From Cyanidioschyzon merolae (taxonomy: Eukaryota), in NCBI GenBank assembly GCA_000091205.1, contig AP006500.2: 64,000 nt of DNA, one strand, 5' to 3'. Every line of letters starts with the position of its first letter. Within the stretch, counting starts at the first letter, position 1. The notes under the pieces were generated by a model, which saw nothing but the letters and a program-made list of their open reading frames with translations, ran no database searches and had not been told where the DNA came from. Of this stretch, positions 9,334 to 20,800 are shown piece after piece. Both the position numbers and the translations under genes were made by a program.

Positions 9334-11419
9334 CTATTTCCTTACATTGATAGCGGCGTTAAAGTCTCGGTTCACGAATTCCATACGTTTCTTGCCATCA
9401 CTGGTTGTACTTATTAGTGCAAGTAGTCCACGAACTTTCGCTCTCATTTCCATTTGCTCTTCCGTCAGCGGTCCGTACCATTTCATATCCTCAGGGCTCC
9501 TCTGGCACTGTTCCATCTCGACCCCCTGAAGTGTGCATCCCGGTTCATGGTGTGGATAAGACGTTCGAAACTCATCAACAGGTATCGTGACAAAACGCCG
9601 TGCGCACTCCTAGTACGTTCTTGTCTTTGGAGCTGGAGTAGTCCCTTTTTGGATCTTCCAGCGCCCTGCTCTGTATGCTACTACGAGCCTCCGACTTTGA
9701 TCCTCTTTGAGGGCGCTCAGTTGATTGAAAAAGTTCGCGAACGCCCGCCGCTTACCGCAATATAAATTCATTCGCAAAAGAGCCCAACTGGGATTTGTAT
9801 ACTCCTCCCACAGTGCATCCCAATGAGGAACACGTACATTCATGAACTTCCGAAAAGCTTGTAAGCCCGCTCCTCGGCTCGTCACCTCGCTCAAAGCTTC
9901 CAGGTGATCCTTCATTCCTGAATTCCACGTAACAATTTTCTTCCTCACATTCATTATACCGGATTCTCGATAGTATCTCGCTCTCGAGAACCTCAATAGA
10001 CGCAAGTCTTTCTGACGTAAGTTGCCGTCAATGCCGTCTTCCCCACATTTGAGTGCGGCGATGGTAACGATATTCGTGTTCCCGGGGTCCGCGCCAACGA
10101 CCAAGTCGTTATCTTGCACTTTCTGTGTCGCAGGACCCGCCTGCTTCTCATCTTCATTCTTCGTCGCGGGCGGAGCTGGACGATCTGTCTTCAAGCGCCG
10201 ATTGTGCACACTCAAGGCTACTCCATCGGTTTCGATCATCCCAGCGAATACCTTTTGTTTGCTGACTTTGAGACGTTTGAAATCGAAGATATTCTTCCAG
10301 TACTTCTCCCGGTTTTCGCCGGAGAATCCCTCCTTGCTGACACCGAACTCGGGACTGATCTCGCTAATGATGCCGTAAAGGATTCTGGACTCGATAGTAA
10401 CAAAATGTGACTTGATGTTGCACATTGGAACCACGTTGAAGCGCTTCCCCATTAGGAACGCCTTCCGTCTCTCCCACTCTTCATTTTTTCCCTCAATCAG
10501 CTTCATCTCCGCCTTGCGCTCGAGTTCTCGACTCAGCGACACGAAATACCGCAGGATAAAGGGATGCCATCCTTTTCATAATTGATACCCTTTTTTGTGG
10601 ATGCATCAGCCCCAGAACCGCACGGTGCTCTTGAATAGCCGCACAGATCACAGAAGCTTTATTCTCTCCCTCGCATGATGTCTTCTTGTGGACGAATTCC
10701 ATTTCCTGTTCATTCTTACTATCGTTCGTGATGCTATCGATGATGGCCCATATCCTTTTGCGAGAGAGGCCCGGGTACAGCGCAAAGATGAAGCCTATCA
10801 TGAAGCGTTTGAGGTTCATAGTCATATGGTTCTTCCGGTACGTGAGGTACTTCGTCGCTCCGTAGGTGTAAATATCCCGGTTACCCATGTATCGAGTACC
10901 CTCGACGCGGAATTCCACGAAATTTTCGTAGAGGGCGTGCACTGGCTCATTATCCCTCCGCGCCTGCCGTGTACCAACCATCAGGTGGCGAACGAAGGTC
11001 TTGTTGAAAATTCCTCCGGAACCTCGACTGTTTTGATTTCCGTCGCGTTGCGATACATCTCCTTCACCAAATGCATTAGCCCTTACGAAGCGTGTATAAT
11101 ACTCATGGATTACGAATCGACACGGTTTCCGATGGCTTCTCGCATCTTCTCCTTATACGGATCTTTAATATGTCCAAGAAGACAGGCTTTCACGACCATC
11201 TCGTCGTACTGTCGTCTTTCTTGCAGTCTTCGACGTAAGGCCTCCCCCTTTTGCCTCTTTTCCGCTTCCTTTTCCTCTCGACTTGGCACTGTTTCTTGTT
11301 TTTTTTTTCTGGCAGCCGGCGACAATTGGTCCCCATGATCGTCGACTTGATTTTTCAATTCTTTCCTTTTTAATTTTTGAATATGAACGCTCTTTGAAAG
11401 CCTCTACTATAACCAGCAA
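9334..11419 (-). pseudogene. Fanzor / TnpB-like RuvC nuclease gene (eukaryotic OMEGA-type RNA-guided nuclease family), disrupted
   Basis: Minus-strand reading gives RuvC-I-like [18 protein letters not shown], then ...FVTIPVDEFRTSYPHHEPGC...C (the TSx-Cys/His zinc-finger segment), then RuvC-III ...GKKRMEFVNRDFNAAINVRK* ending at 9334. The frame is interrupted by an in-frame TAG at 9610-9612 and changes frame near 10493-10575. A Lys/Arg/Glu-rich N-terminal extension lies at 11110-11419. Combined length about 600-690 aa. Confidence 0.7.
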
Positions 11420-12423
11420 AAAATCACTTAAAAACTTTTGTTTGAGGTTTGAAACACAATCGAATTGAAAAACTATACTTTGCTACGACTTTAACGCAAA
11501 GACCACTTGTAAGTTACAGCAACGCGCTGATGATCTGGATCTCATTCCCCGTCAACGGCGACGTACACATCGTGAAAGCCTGATATGGAGGTGCGTGTAT
11601 CGACCGTGCTTAATAGAAAAGAACAAAAACAAACAATTGACTAGCAATTCGATGATATTTTCGTTCAACTCTCATGGTATATGTTAAAAGGAGGAAAAAC
11701 TTTCCATGTTGTCGAAAGCTTACGATCTAGGCGGAAGGTCCCGCGACCCTGACGCCTTTGCCGGGCTCGCGCTTGGTGCCCCCAACAATGACTGGTGCTT
11801 TGGTTAGATATGAGCAGCTCGTACACAACACACTTTATTCTGGGACTAGGAGCGGGTAGACTGCCTCTGGGCGTCGCACTGGTCGGGTTGCTCTCCTTGC
11901 ACATCGCTTCGCGCTGCTCCAAAAGGTACGTCTTTCTGCGCAGTTTGCATGCTCCGAGAATGACAATGTATCCCGACTCCGCGTCGAATGGACTACGCCT
12001 CGAGCCGACGCCCTCAGCTGGTATAGCAAAGCAGTTCTATCTCCATGCTGGATGCGCACCAGCCGTAAAAGCGCTTTGGCGGGTGCATCAAGGCAGGTAC
12101 TCGGCGTCAGAATAGAACGTACAAAAGGACCGGTACATCCGAAAGGAAGTGCAAGTGATGAAACTTGGAGGTAGGGTGCAGCATGATAATCGATTTTCCA
12201 ATTATCAATATCCGTCCCGCAATCTGGGATCATCCGTGGTCAACGTAAGCGGTTTGTCATTGGAAACAAAATCAACGCAAAAGACGCCATTGGGTTTGTG
12301 CACGCGTTTCGGGACGCCTCAGCTTTCTTGTTGTTTGTGAACAGTTTCTCTAGTATCCGGTTCTGCTTCTTTGCTTTTTTGCTGTCATCCCGCTATCTCA
12401 GAAAGTTCTGAGTCGAGCTGTGT

Positions 12424-13167
12424 TTGTGTGTGCGTGCGAGCTCCTGCATGGAAGCACCGACAGCTTCCAGCGATGCTGCTCTATCGAGCCCGGTGGAGTC
12501 GCGGGACGCGCGGCTGCCCGCGGACTCCCTCGAGGCCACAGCTGCGCTGCTGGAGGCACTCTCACGAGTAAAGGAACTGGAAGGAGAACTGGCCAACGAA
12601 CGCCGTCGGCGTATTGCTTTGGAAAACGAAGTGCAACAGCAGAAAGCGCTGAACGTACGCATCCAGCAGCAGCTGGAAGCCGAAGAAGAGGCCCTAACGA
12701 ACCGCCTGAACAAACGCCTCAGCGAGCTTCGTTTAGAGAAAGAACAGCTCGCTCGTGATATTGAACGAGAGGAGGAGTACTTAACTAATACGCTCCAGCA
12801 GCGCTTGGAGCAACTGAAAAAGGAGAAAATCGACATGGAGAACGCTTTAGAGGCAGAGCAGGAGGCTATTGTCAACCGCCTCCAGCGCGAAGTACAGAAA
12901 CTTCAAAAGGAAAAAGCAGCGTTGGAAAAGCAGCTGAGTCAGTATGCACGCTCGAGCTTGGATCTACCGCCCGCAACACCGAGTGACTCCGAAAGCGAGC
13001 GCGACATTGTTCGCAGGCGGCGTTCATTCAGCCGCGACTCCAGTCCACGTGTATCCGCTGCCGCTTTCCGGGCACGTCTGGAGCAGACTCGTCTAGCCGG
13101 CCATAGCAGTTCAAGTGCGCACACCACACCACCTGGTACGCCGCCTCGTCCGAAAGATCAAGCATGA
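12424..13167 (+). CDS. CCDC6: CCDC6-like coiled-coil protein (DUF2046 family)
   Basis: Repeated EEE(A/Y)LTN(R/T)L...LxxEKxxLE heptad blocks (EEEALTNRLNKRLSELRLEKEQL; EEEYLTNTLQQRLEQLKKEKIDMENALEAEQEAIVNRLQREVQKLQKEK) match the signature repeat of CCDC6. The likely start is the Met at about 12447. Confidence 0.75.
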   Translation: MCVRASSCMEAPTASSDAALSSPVESRDARLPADSLEATAALLEALSRVKELEGELANERRRRIALENEVQQQKALNVRIQQQLEAEEEALTNRLNKRLSELRLEKEQLARDIEREEEYLTNTLQQRLEQLKKEKIDMENALEAEQEAIVNRLQREVQKLQKEKAALEKQLSQYARSSLDLPPATPSDSESERDIVRRRRSFSRDSSPRVSAAAFRARLEQTRLAGHSSSSAHTTPPGTPPRPKDQA

Positions 13168-13902
13168 TATGACGAGTGGAGTGCGGAATGGGCGTAGCCA
13201 CGAAGCCTTCGACACCCTCGGGTCGCTTCACCAAAGGCCCGCGCCCATGCTCCCATGCATCCGTCGGAAATCGTCGTCACCTTCACACATTCGCAGTTGT
13301 ATTGAATCTCATTCTTGCTGTCATCCATGACGAAGAAGGATTCCATGCGGAGCGTATTTTCGCGTAATGAACTCTTTCGTGTTTGCCGCTTAAACCGACG
13401 ATACGATTCACGAGAAACGCTTGAAAAGTAGCGCACGCGTGGAAACAGATTTTGCGGTCACAGAGCGGATACATAGAAGCGTGCATTTCGTGTTCACAAA
13501 AGCTCTGTGCACCTGTGTTGCCCTAAATCTTGCCTCGTTCTCACCGCCACGTTTCTAAAATAGCAAGCTAGAGGAGGAGTTGTTTTGCCGCCTCAGCCAC
13601 TGCACTGACGTTCTGCACCCACACCTACTGCCGTTACCGGACGATACCGGGGCTGCATGAACCACGGTCAACGTCGTCACTCGGATGCCGCCACAGAGAA
13701 CATCCTTGGTAACGCCACGGTCCGGATGTCGAAGGCGCTTTGCCTATGAAGCGCGTCCTAGCGTCGATCAGCATACACACCCGACGGGTTTTCCATGCAT
13801 GGTCCAGCCACGAAACAACTCGGACTCCAAGATATATGCGCTCGAGTCCCAAACTTGGTTCCTTCCTGTGAACAAATCCCGTCGCGACACCGCTCTATTC
13901 AA

Positions 13903-14916
13903 CTACCCCATCCGGATCGCCAAGAAAGCAACGAACCATAGCGCGATGGCAACCGCTACCAATAGCCACTGGGAGCAGATGGAGCGCACCCGTTCGTTCA
14001 CGTAGGTCTGCAGCCTTCCCTGCTGCGTTCGGACACTCTCCAGATTCCGCTCCAACTTGGGTTGCATCCGATCCAATATCTCATTGTCTCGCGTCACCGA
14101 TTCTTCAATCTGTTCTGCATGCTCACGTATGCGACCTACGGTATCCGATAAGACCTCAACGTACCTGTCCTGAAGCTGGAAATGCGCGAGAACCCCATCT
14201 GGTGCTTTGATGGCATATCGCGAGCTCGTCGATGAGACTTGTCCGGTGGGGTCCGCTGCGACCGATGGAAGCTCCAACCAGGTATGCTCCTTGCCAGGGT
14301 GGCTTCGTCGGCGTCGCAGTACAGGCTGTTTGATTTCCTGCCCTTCTTCTCGTTTCGTTTCCATAGGCTCAAACAACTTAAAAAAAGGAGCGTATTCCGC
14401 GAGCGTCTCAGCAACGACGGTCTCGGGGTCGGACTGCTCCCTCCGAGGCAACGCTTCGGCAGACGCCAGGCGCTCCACTCCAGGCGCTGCCTCGGTCACT
14501 TTGTCTAGTCGTCGCTCGACGAGCTTGTCTAGCTTATTGAACCATTGCAGAAAGGCGTCAAGTTGGCCCTCGATATCAACGCTTGGCAGTTCACCGTCCG
14601 GAGACTGTCGGCGCAAAGCCGTAACCACCTCTTTGAGAGCGACTAGGTACACCCTGAGATGCTCAGTACGCACGAGCAACTTGCCAAGCGTAGGTACGCT
14701 CACCGTTGTATCCGCGTTATTCGGGATGGAATGCAGTAGGTCTTCGAGTTCTCGCAAACGGTTCCCGATGGTTCCAGTGAGCTTCTTGGAGACGCGCCTC
14801 AGCTCTGCAGGCGAACCCGTGAGCAGGTCCCGAGCGATGCACGCTTTGGGTACTTGCACTCTTTCCAGAACCGGCTGGTGTCCGAGACTTGAGCCTTTTC
14901 GCAGCATCATTCTCAA
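13903..14916 (-). CDS. Tail-anchored membrane protein with SNARE-like C-terminal coiled coil
   Basis: 337-aa ORF with a single C-terminal transmembrane segment (WLLVAVAIALWFVAFLAI) directly after a heptad-like helical region (EQIEESVTRDNEILDRMQPKLERNLESVRTQQGRLQTYVNERV). This is t-SNARE-like (syntaxin-18/Use1/Sec20), but the family is uncertain. Confidence 0.45.
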   Translation of the reverse strand: MRMMLRKGSSLGHQPVLERVQVPKACIARDLLTGSPAELRRVSKKLTGTIGNRLRELEDLLHSIPNNADTTVSVPTLGKLLVRTEHLRVYLVALKEVVTALRRQSPDGELPSVDIEGQLDAFLQWFNKLDKLVERRLDKVTEAAPGVERLASAEALPRREQSDPETVVAETLAEYAPFFKLFEPMETKREEGQEIKQPVLRRRRSHPGKEHTWLELPSVAADPTGQVSSTSSRYAIKAPDGVLAHFQLQDRYVEVLSDTVGRIREHAEQIEESVTRDNEILDRMQPKLERNLESVRTQQGRLQTYVNERVRSICSQWLLVAVAIALWFVAFLAIRMG

Positions 14917-17899
14917 CCAGCAGAAACGGAGATGAGTTCCGTGGACGCATACATCAGCGAGGCAGCGTCCCGTTGGGAAGACCCGAACCGCTAGACAATG
15001 TTAGAACACGTTCGCAGCAACGCCTGATGCGGGTGCAGCGAAGCGGTACACTTCTACGGCGAGTTTCGGTGTATGAAAGTGCCCTGAAAGCGATCTTTAG
15101 AGTGTGCTGGCCATGGCGCTGCGGTGCAAACTACCTGTAATGTGACAGGAACGTCTAGGAAACGGAAACGTTCTAATACAGTAAAAGCAAACCTAAGATT
15201 ACGTGAATCCTCGTCACCAAAATCGGTGTAAAATAGAACGGATCCACTACTCCAACCCAGACGTTCACAAACTAGTGCGGGTCTATCGCTGCTCTAGTGA
15301 CCACTAACCTCTGCGGACTTTTTCTGAGACAAATCGTTTCCCTCTCTCTTATCTGCGGCTTTAAAGATGCCAGTCTCTCACGTCCGTCTATTTCTGTTGT
15401 TAGCAGTCGAAGGATGTGGATCACACTTTTGAAATCCCTATTCCGCAGTTTCCGAAAACTGTGCACGCATTCCGAGCATAGGGAAAAGTTACGAGCAACA
15501 CATCGTTTGCGGTTTTCATCTTTTTGGTGCAGAGGCTCGATGCACGCTTCGCAGCAATGACACTCGGGTGCGTTCAGGTGTTTTTGTATGTCCACTAAAC
15601 GTCTTCTTCCGAAGGCTGCCGCACTGCGGCGCGCGAAGGCTTGCTACATCGTTTAGTACAGTCCCATAACGGGCACAGAAGGCTGGCTTCGATTTCCTCG
15701 ACAGTTCCACGTCCGGTAACGGACCCAATAATCGCCGGCTTCCTTTGGGCGATCACCTGAGCGAGTACGACGTCCGCTGTATGTGCAAGCGCATGCTGTT
15801 CTGCCCGATAAAGGATTCTTGGAACGCGCTTTTTTCAACGATGACACGAGTGTTGGAAGGGAAATAGGGGCAAGAGAAGAAGTCGAGAAATTTCGATACA
15901 TCTACGCCTCCTTCGTGCGAAGCGCTGGCGCACTCTCCTCTATCGCAATGGATCGTGTTGATGACTCAGGTCCAATTACCAGACCCGTTTCCGTTCAGGC
16001 AGAAGAGACCGGAGCACCTGGGAGCATATACCGTGAAAGGTGCCATGCTACTGTCGAGCGTCATTTCCTCGATGGCTTCAAGGAGAGGAGGATTTGTGTT
16101 TCGAACGGAATCGCCTCTTTGAAATGACATACGCAGTGAGCTTTCAGCATGGGCTTGAAAAATAATCTTCAAGGAGCAACGTCGGGATACTTTCCTTGTC
16201 AATCCCCGTACGCGAAATGCCGCATCTACCAGTTGCCTTGAGACACGAAGATCGAAAACATGAACCATGCGTGATTCGAGCTTGCATTATGTGAGGAAAA
16301 GAGAAGCGTCGAAAGTTGTACATTTGAATTGGATAGTGATACAGCCTGTTTTACGAACTCTTGTTCAATGGCGTCGCGAATCATCTTGACTCCGGTGACG
16401 TAAAGTAATCCAACGGCAAAGCGTGGAAGGAGCCGCTCCTGAAATACGTCCGAGAATCCTCAAACGATCATTGAATATGTAAGCCCTAACTGCTGCACTT
16501 CGAATGGCGACGCTGATCATCAAACAATTTCGAACAAAAATCTCAAGCAGGACATAGTGAGCAGTTCAACGTTCCATGGATATCTGACTCACGTGGCACA
16601 TATGCGAGTGGGCTCTCGGGATTGCTGTTGGCCAGCAGCTCATTCAATACGTATGCTTCTCGACGCTTGCCGACGCGTTGCGTCAAATATGAAGCGCTTG
16701 GACATGGAAGTACTCTCCTAGCCGCCGATCAAAACAGCGCCAGCGAAGATCCCTCTTTTGACTCACCAATATTGCACCTAACAAACGCAACGAAAGGGCC
16801 GCTGCTGCAGCGGCCACCACACGCTTGGTGCTGGGGGACACACGACGCTGGCTTCCTTGCTGGCGATGTTTCCGTATTTCATGACGAAGAACTACACGAA
16901 GAAAATCATAAAGTTCGTGTCGCCTTTGCGCTTTCCATAACGGAAAGCAGGCAGATGGTCCACCTGGCTGGCCCTGGTATTGGATCAGTTCCCCTAAGGT
17001 CTTTGTCAAGAATTGCAAGCGGATCGGAAGCGTTCTAGCTGAGGATCTCGATGCTCGCGCATAAGAATATCAACCCCATGCAACATATGGGCGCCGCATC
17101 AAACATACCTGGCCTGTCTTTCCTCCTGGTGTCAAGTCGCAGAACTTGAATGTCCCTCCTTGCATAAAAAAGCGCGAGAGAAAAGCGTGAGTATACGCGA
17201 CGCTTCCCGACGGACTCCAATCCTTGGTTTGCACGCGGCAAGTACTTCACTGTTGATCGGGCTATGTGCAGCAAGCGATGTGCGCCTAACAGACACAGGG
17301 TACCAGCAGCCTCCCGCAAGTCCTGCGGTAGCTGGCAACAACCTACATGGTATCGCCCTCGCTGCTCAGCAGCAGCGCGCCAATTGAAAGCACCTATGGC
17401 CCGCTTCTGCAGCAGACGCGCTCTGTGGTAAAGCAAAGCCGTTCTGACTCCTTGCTACGACCGCACCAGCGATATAGGCGCTATCGGGGCTGCTCAGGGC
17501 AGGCACGCAGCCCAAGATAGAACGTGGAAAATACCTAGGAGGGAACGTATCGGTCGTGGAACTCATACGGAACGATGGACGTTTGGCCAATCGATACTAT
17601 AAAGCCCTCAATTGGTAAACCTGGGTCTCTCTCTCCCTGTATATATGTACATATGCGTGTGGGTGTCAAAGATGTTTCCGACAATAAAAAGAAACAGAGC
17701 ATCTGTCGAGAGCCCCTGCATGCCTCGTCGAAGCGTCTCCCAGGAAAGCGCCCGTGTCATCGATCAGGAGGGATTACTTGGGGGTGCTTTGGTAGGCACC
17801 CCCGAAATGTCGCGACGCGCGCTGTTGCCCAGTCGCAATCTCGATTCGTGAACGTACCTACGCTCTAGATTCTCTTCTGGGTCGAAAACTCACTCAGTT

Positions 17900-20800
17900 A
17901 TGACGGGAGAGAGTGTGAGTGTGCAATACCAGCCCGACGGAGTTGCCATCATCGTTTTTTCTGCTCCTCCAGTGAATGCGCTTTCGGTGAACCTACGGCG
18001 TTTGCTGGCTTTGAACGTCGCGAACGTTGTTGCTGATCGGCGGGCGAAGGCGATCGTGCTGTATGGTGGCGAGAGCACCTTCTCGGCCGGGGCTGACGTC
18101 GGCGAGTTCCCTGAAAAGCTTGGAAGTGCGGAGAATATTATCTCTTTGGATACGGAGCCGTTCAAGACGCTGCTAGAGACTAGTCCGAAGCCGACTGTGG
18201 CCTGTATCACAGGCACAGCGCTTGGCGGAGGCCTGGAGCTCGCCCTCGCGTGCCACTTTCGCGTTGCTCTATCGGATGCAAAGCTTGGACTTCCGGAGCT
18301 CAGACTGGGCCTTATCCCCGGTCTTGGTGGTACCCAGCGTCTTCCCAGACTGATCGGCGTTGAGCCAGCACTCGATATGATTATGCACTCGCGAATCATT
18401 GACGGCGAGGAAGCGCATCGCTGCGGGCTCGTCGACCGTCTCGTTCCAGCGAGTCGTCGAGAGACGTTACTGCGAGAGGCCTGTGCTGTAGCCCTGGAAG
18501 TCGCCTCAGATCCTCAAAAGATGCCGCCACCGCTATTAACCCGAACGGACAAGCTTGGGAATGCCGACGTTGAGAAAATTCGCAGCAAGTATCTGCCGAG
18601 AGCTGTAGAAATGCGGCAGAAAACTGGTCAGATCCAGTTTGAAAGCTGTGTCCGAGCTGTCCTCGAAGGCATTGAGCGTGGTGGTGGCGATGCTGGCTGG
18701 GCACTAGAAGCGGAGCTTTTTCGACAGTGCGCGGCGTCGGAGGCATCACGAGCTCTCATTCATGTCTTTCTTGCCTCGCGAAGAACAGTGACGAATTTTA
18801 AGGCAGAGCCGCACCTTCATGAGCCTCGGACAGTTGCGGTGATCGGCGGTGGCCTCATGGGAAGCGGGATTGCAGCATGTATCCTACAAAATGGTGGACG
18901 CGTCGTCTTGAAAGAAGTCAATGAAAATGCCCTTGCTGCAGCTATACAGCGTATTGAGGCTATCTTGAGCCGCGCCAAGGTCGACACCGCGGATGCCAGG
19001 CGGCGACTTCAAGGCACGATCGAATTCGACAAAAAGCTTTTCAGTGATGTAGACCTCGTCGTCGAGGCAGCCGTCGAAAATGTACAAGCGAAGCAAGGCA
19101 TCTTTCGATCGCTGGCGGAATGCACGGGACCACACTGCATTCTGGCGACCAACACCAGCACGATCAACTTGGACTTGATCGGTGAAGCGATTCCGCAAGT
19201 CCATAAGGAAGGGCGTCTGATTGGTGCACACTTCTTCAGTCCTGCACATGTTATGCCACTCCTGGAAATTGTACGTGCGAACCGCACCAGAAACCGCGCA
19301 GTGCAGATGGTGCTTGCGTTTGCGAAACATCTGCGGAAAACACCAATCATTGTGGGCAACTGCGCCGGTTTTGCCGTGAACCGAATGTACTTCCCCCAGA
19401 CCCAAATGGCGTTCTTTCTCACTGAGTACCTCGGTATTCATCCATACGACATCGATCGTGCATGTCAAGAGGTGCTTGGTCTGCCAATGGGACCCTTCGG
19501 CCTTGCGGATCTCGTCGGTCTCGACATCTGTGATTCTGTGAACCAGGTTTTTAGCATGTCGTATCCCGAGCGAGTTTGTAGCCTCAGCATCGCGGGCAAG
19601 TTGATTGAGATGGGCAGAAAAGGTCAGAAGAGCGGTGCTGGCTTTTACCGCTACGGTGCGGATCATCGCAAACCGATCGAAGATAGGGAGATGTTGGATC
19701 CGCTCCTTGCCTCTATGACGCCGCCACCGCTGCGCGAGCCATTAACGCCGTTAGACATCGTGCAGATGATTTTCTTCCCGGTCGTCAACGAGGCCATGCG
19801 GGTTCTCGAGGAGCGTATTGCCGACAAAGCAGCTGACCTCGACGTTGCATCGGTGCTTGGCTACGGTTTTCCGGCCTATCGAGGTGGCCTGCTCTACTGG
19901 GCTCAGCATCTTCCCGGCGGGCCGCGTCTCATCCTGGAGCGCCTGCGCGAATGGGATACACGATTCGGTACGCAGTGCCCGCTATTCGCTCCGTCGTTTG
20001 CCCTCGAATGTGCGCTAAGGTCAACTGAACCTGTGCTGGAGCGGCCTCCTCGTCCTCGTTTAGCGACAGGCTCGGACGACGATATCGTGTTCGTGGCCGC
20101 TGTTCGCACCGCGATCGGAAAAGCGGGGCGCGGCCTCCTGAAGGATACGCTCCCCGAAGACATGCTTGCGCCGCTCATCGGGGCGCTCTTGGATCGATCA
20201 GCTGTGAAACCCGCCGAGGTCGGAGACGTTATCGTCGGAACCGCCCTACCTCGTGGTGATGCGGCTGCTGTGAGTTTGCGCGTCGCTGCGCTGTGTGCTG
20301 GCCTTCCTGATACCGTTCCAGTGCGGCTGGTAAATAGGCTGTGTGCGTCGGGGTTGCAGGCTATCGCTGACGCTGCCGCTGCCATTCAGCGAGGCGATTA
20401 TGGTATCGCTATAGCCGGGGGTGTGGAATCCATGTCGATGAATGCTATCCAGTTAAGTCTGGAGCGCAGAAGTCACCGCCTAGCGAGTTGCGCAGCAGCA
20501 GAGGATGCCTATCTCAGTATGGGAGACACCTCGGAAAACGTTGCAGCGCGCTTTGCGATCAGTCGAGCAGCGCAGGATCGCTTCGCAGCTTCGAGTCATG
20601 CTCGAGCGTCACGTGCATCGCTTTCGGGACGCTTCGAGCGAGAAATCCTTCCCATTTCGACACAAGTGTATCCCACCAGGAAAGCGGCGAAGCAAGCAGA
20701 CGGGAACCTCTCCACGGCGGAACGCGCGCCCGCAGTCCCACAACCGGTTGTGGCGCAACGCGATGAGGGTATTCGCTTGGGCGTCACCACTGGAGCGTTG

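Noticed and set aside
9600-9620. In-frame TAG in the Fanzor-like gene interpreted as a tiny intron
   Set aside because: The flanking peptide (…KTRTY*ECARRFVTIPVDEFRTS) aligns without a gap to the TnpB consensus around the TS motif, and no GT…AG of plausible length spans it. It is a simple nonsense mutation or a sequencing error.
9610-10542. ORF track start 'M' at 10540-10542
   Set aside because: The codon there is GTG on the minus strand (…cagcgacac…), so the ORF caller evidently allows alternative starts. The frame is actually open further upstream to about 10575, and I treat the segment as an internal part of the disrupted Fanzor-like gene, not as an independent gene start.
15272-15595. 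107-aa Cys-rich ORF (CHCCEACIEPL…CSECVHSF) as a zinc-finger gene
   Set aside because: It is too short and isolated, with no recognisable finger spacing. It is kept only as a remark in the ORF-poor-block finding.
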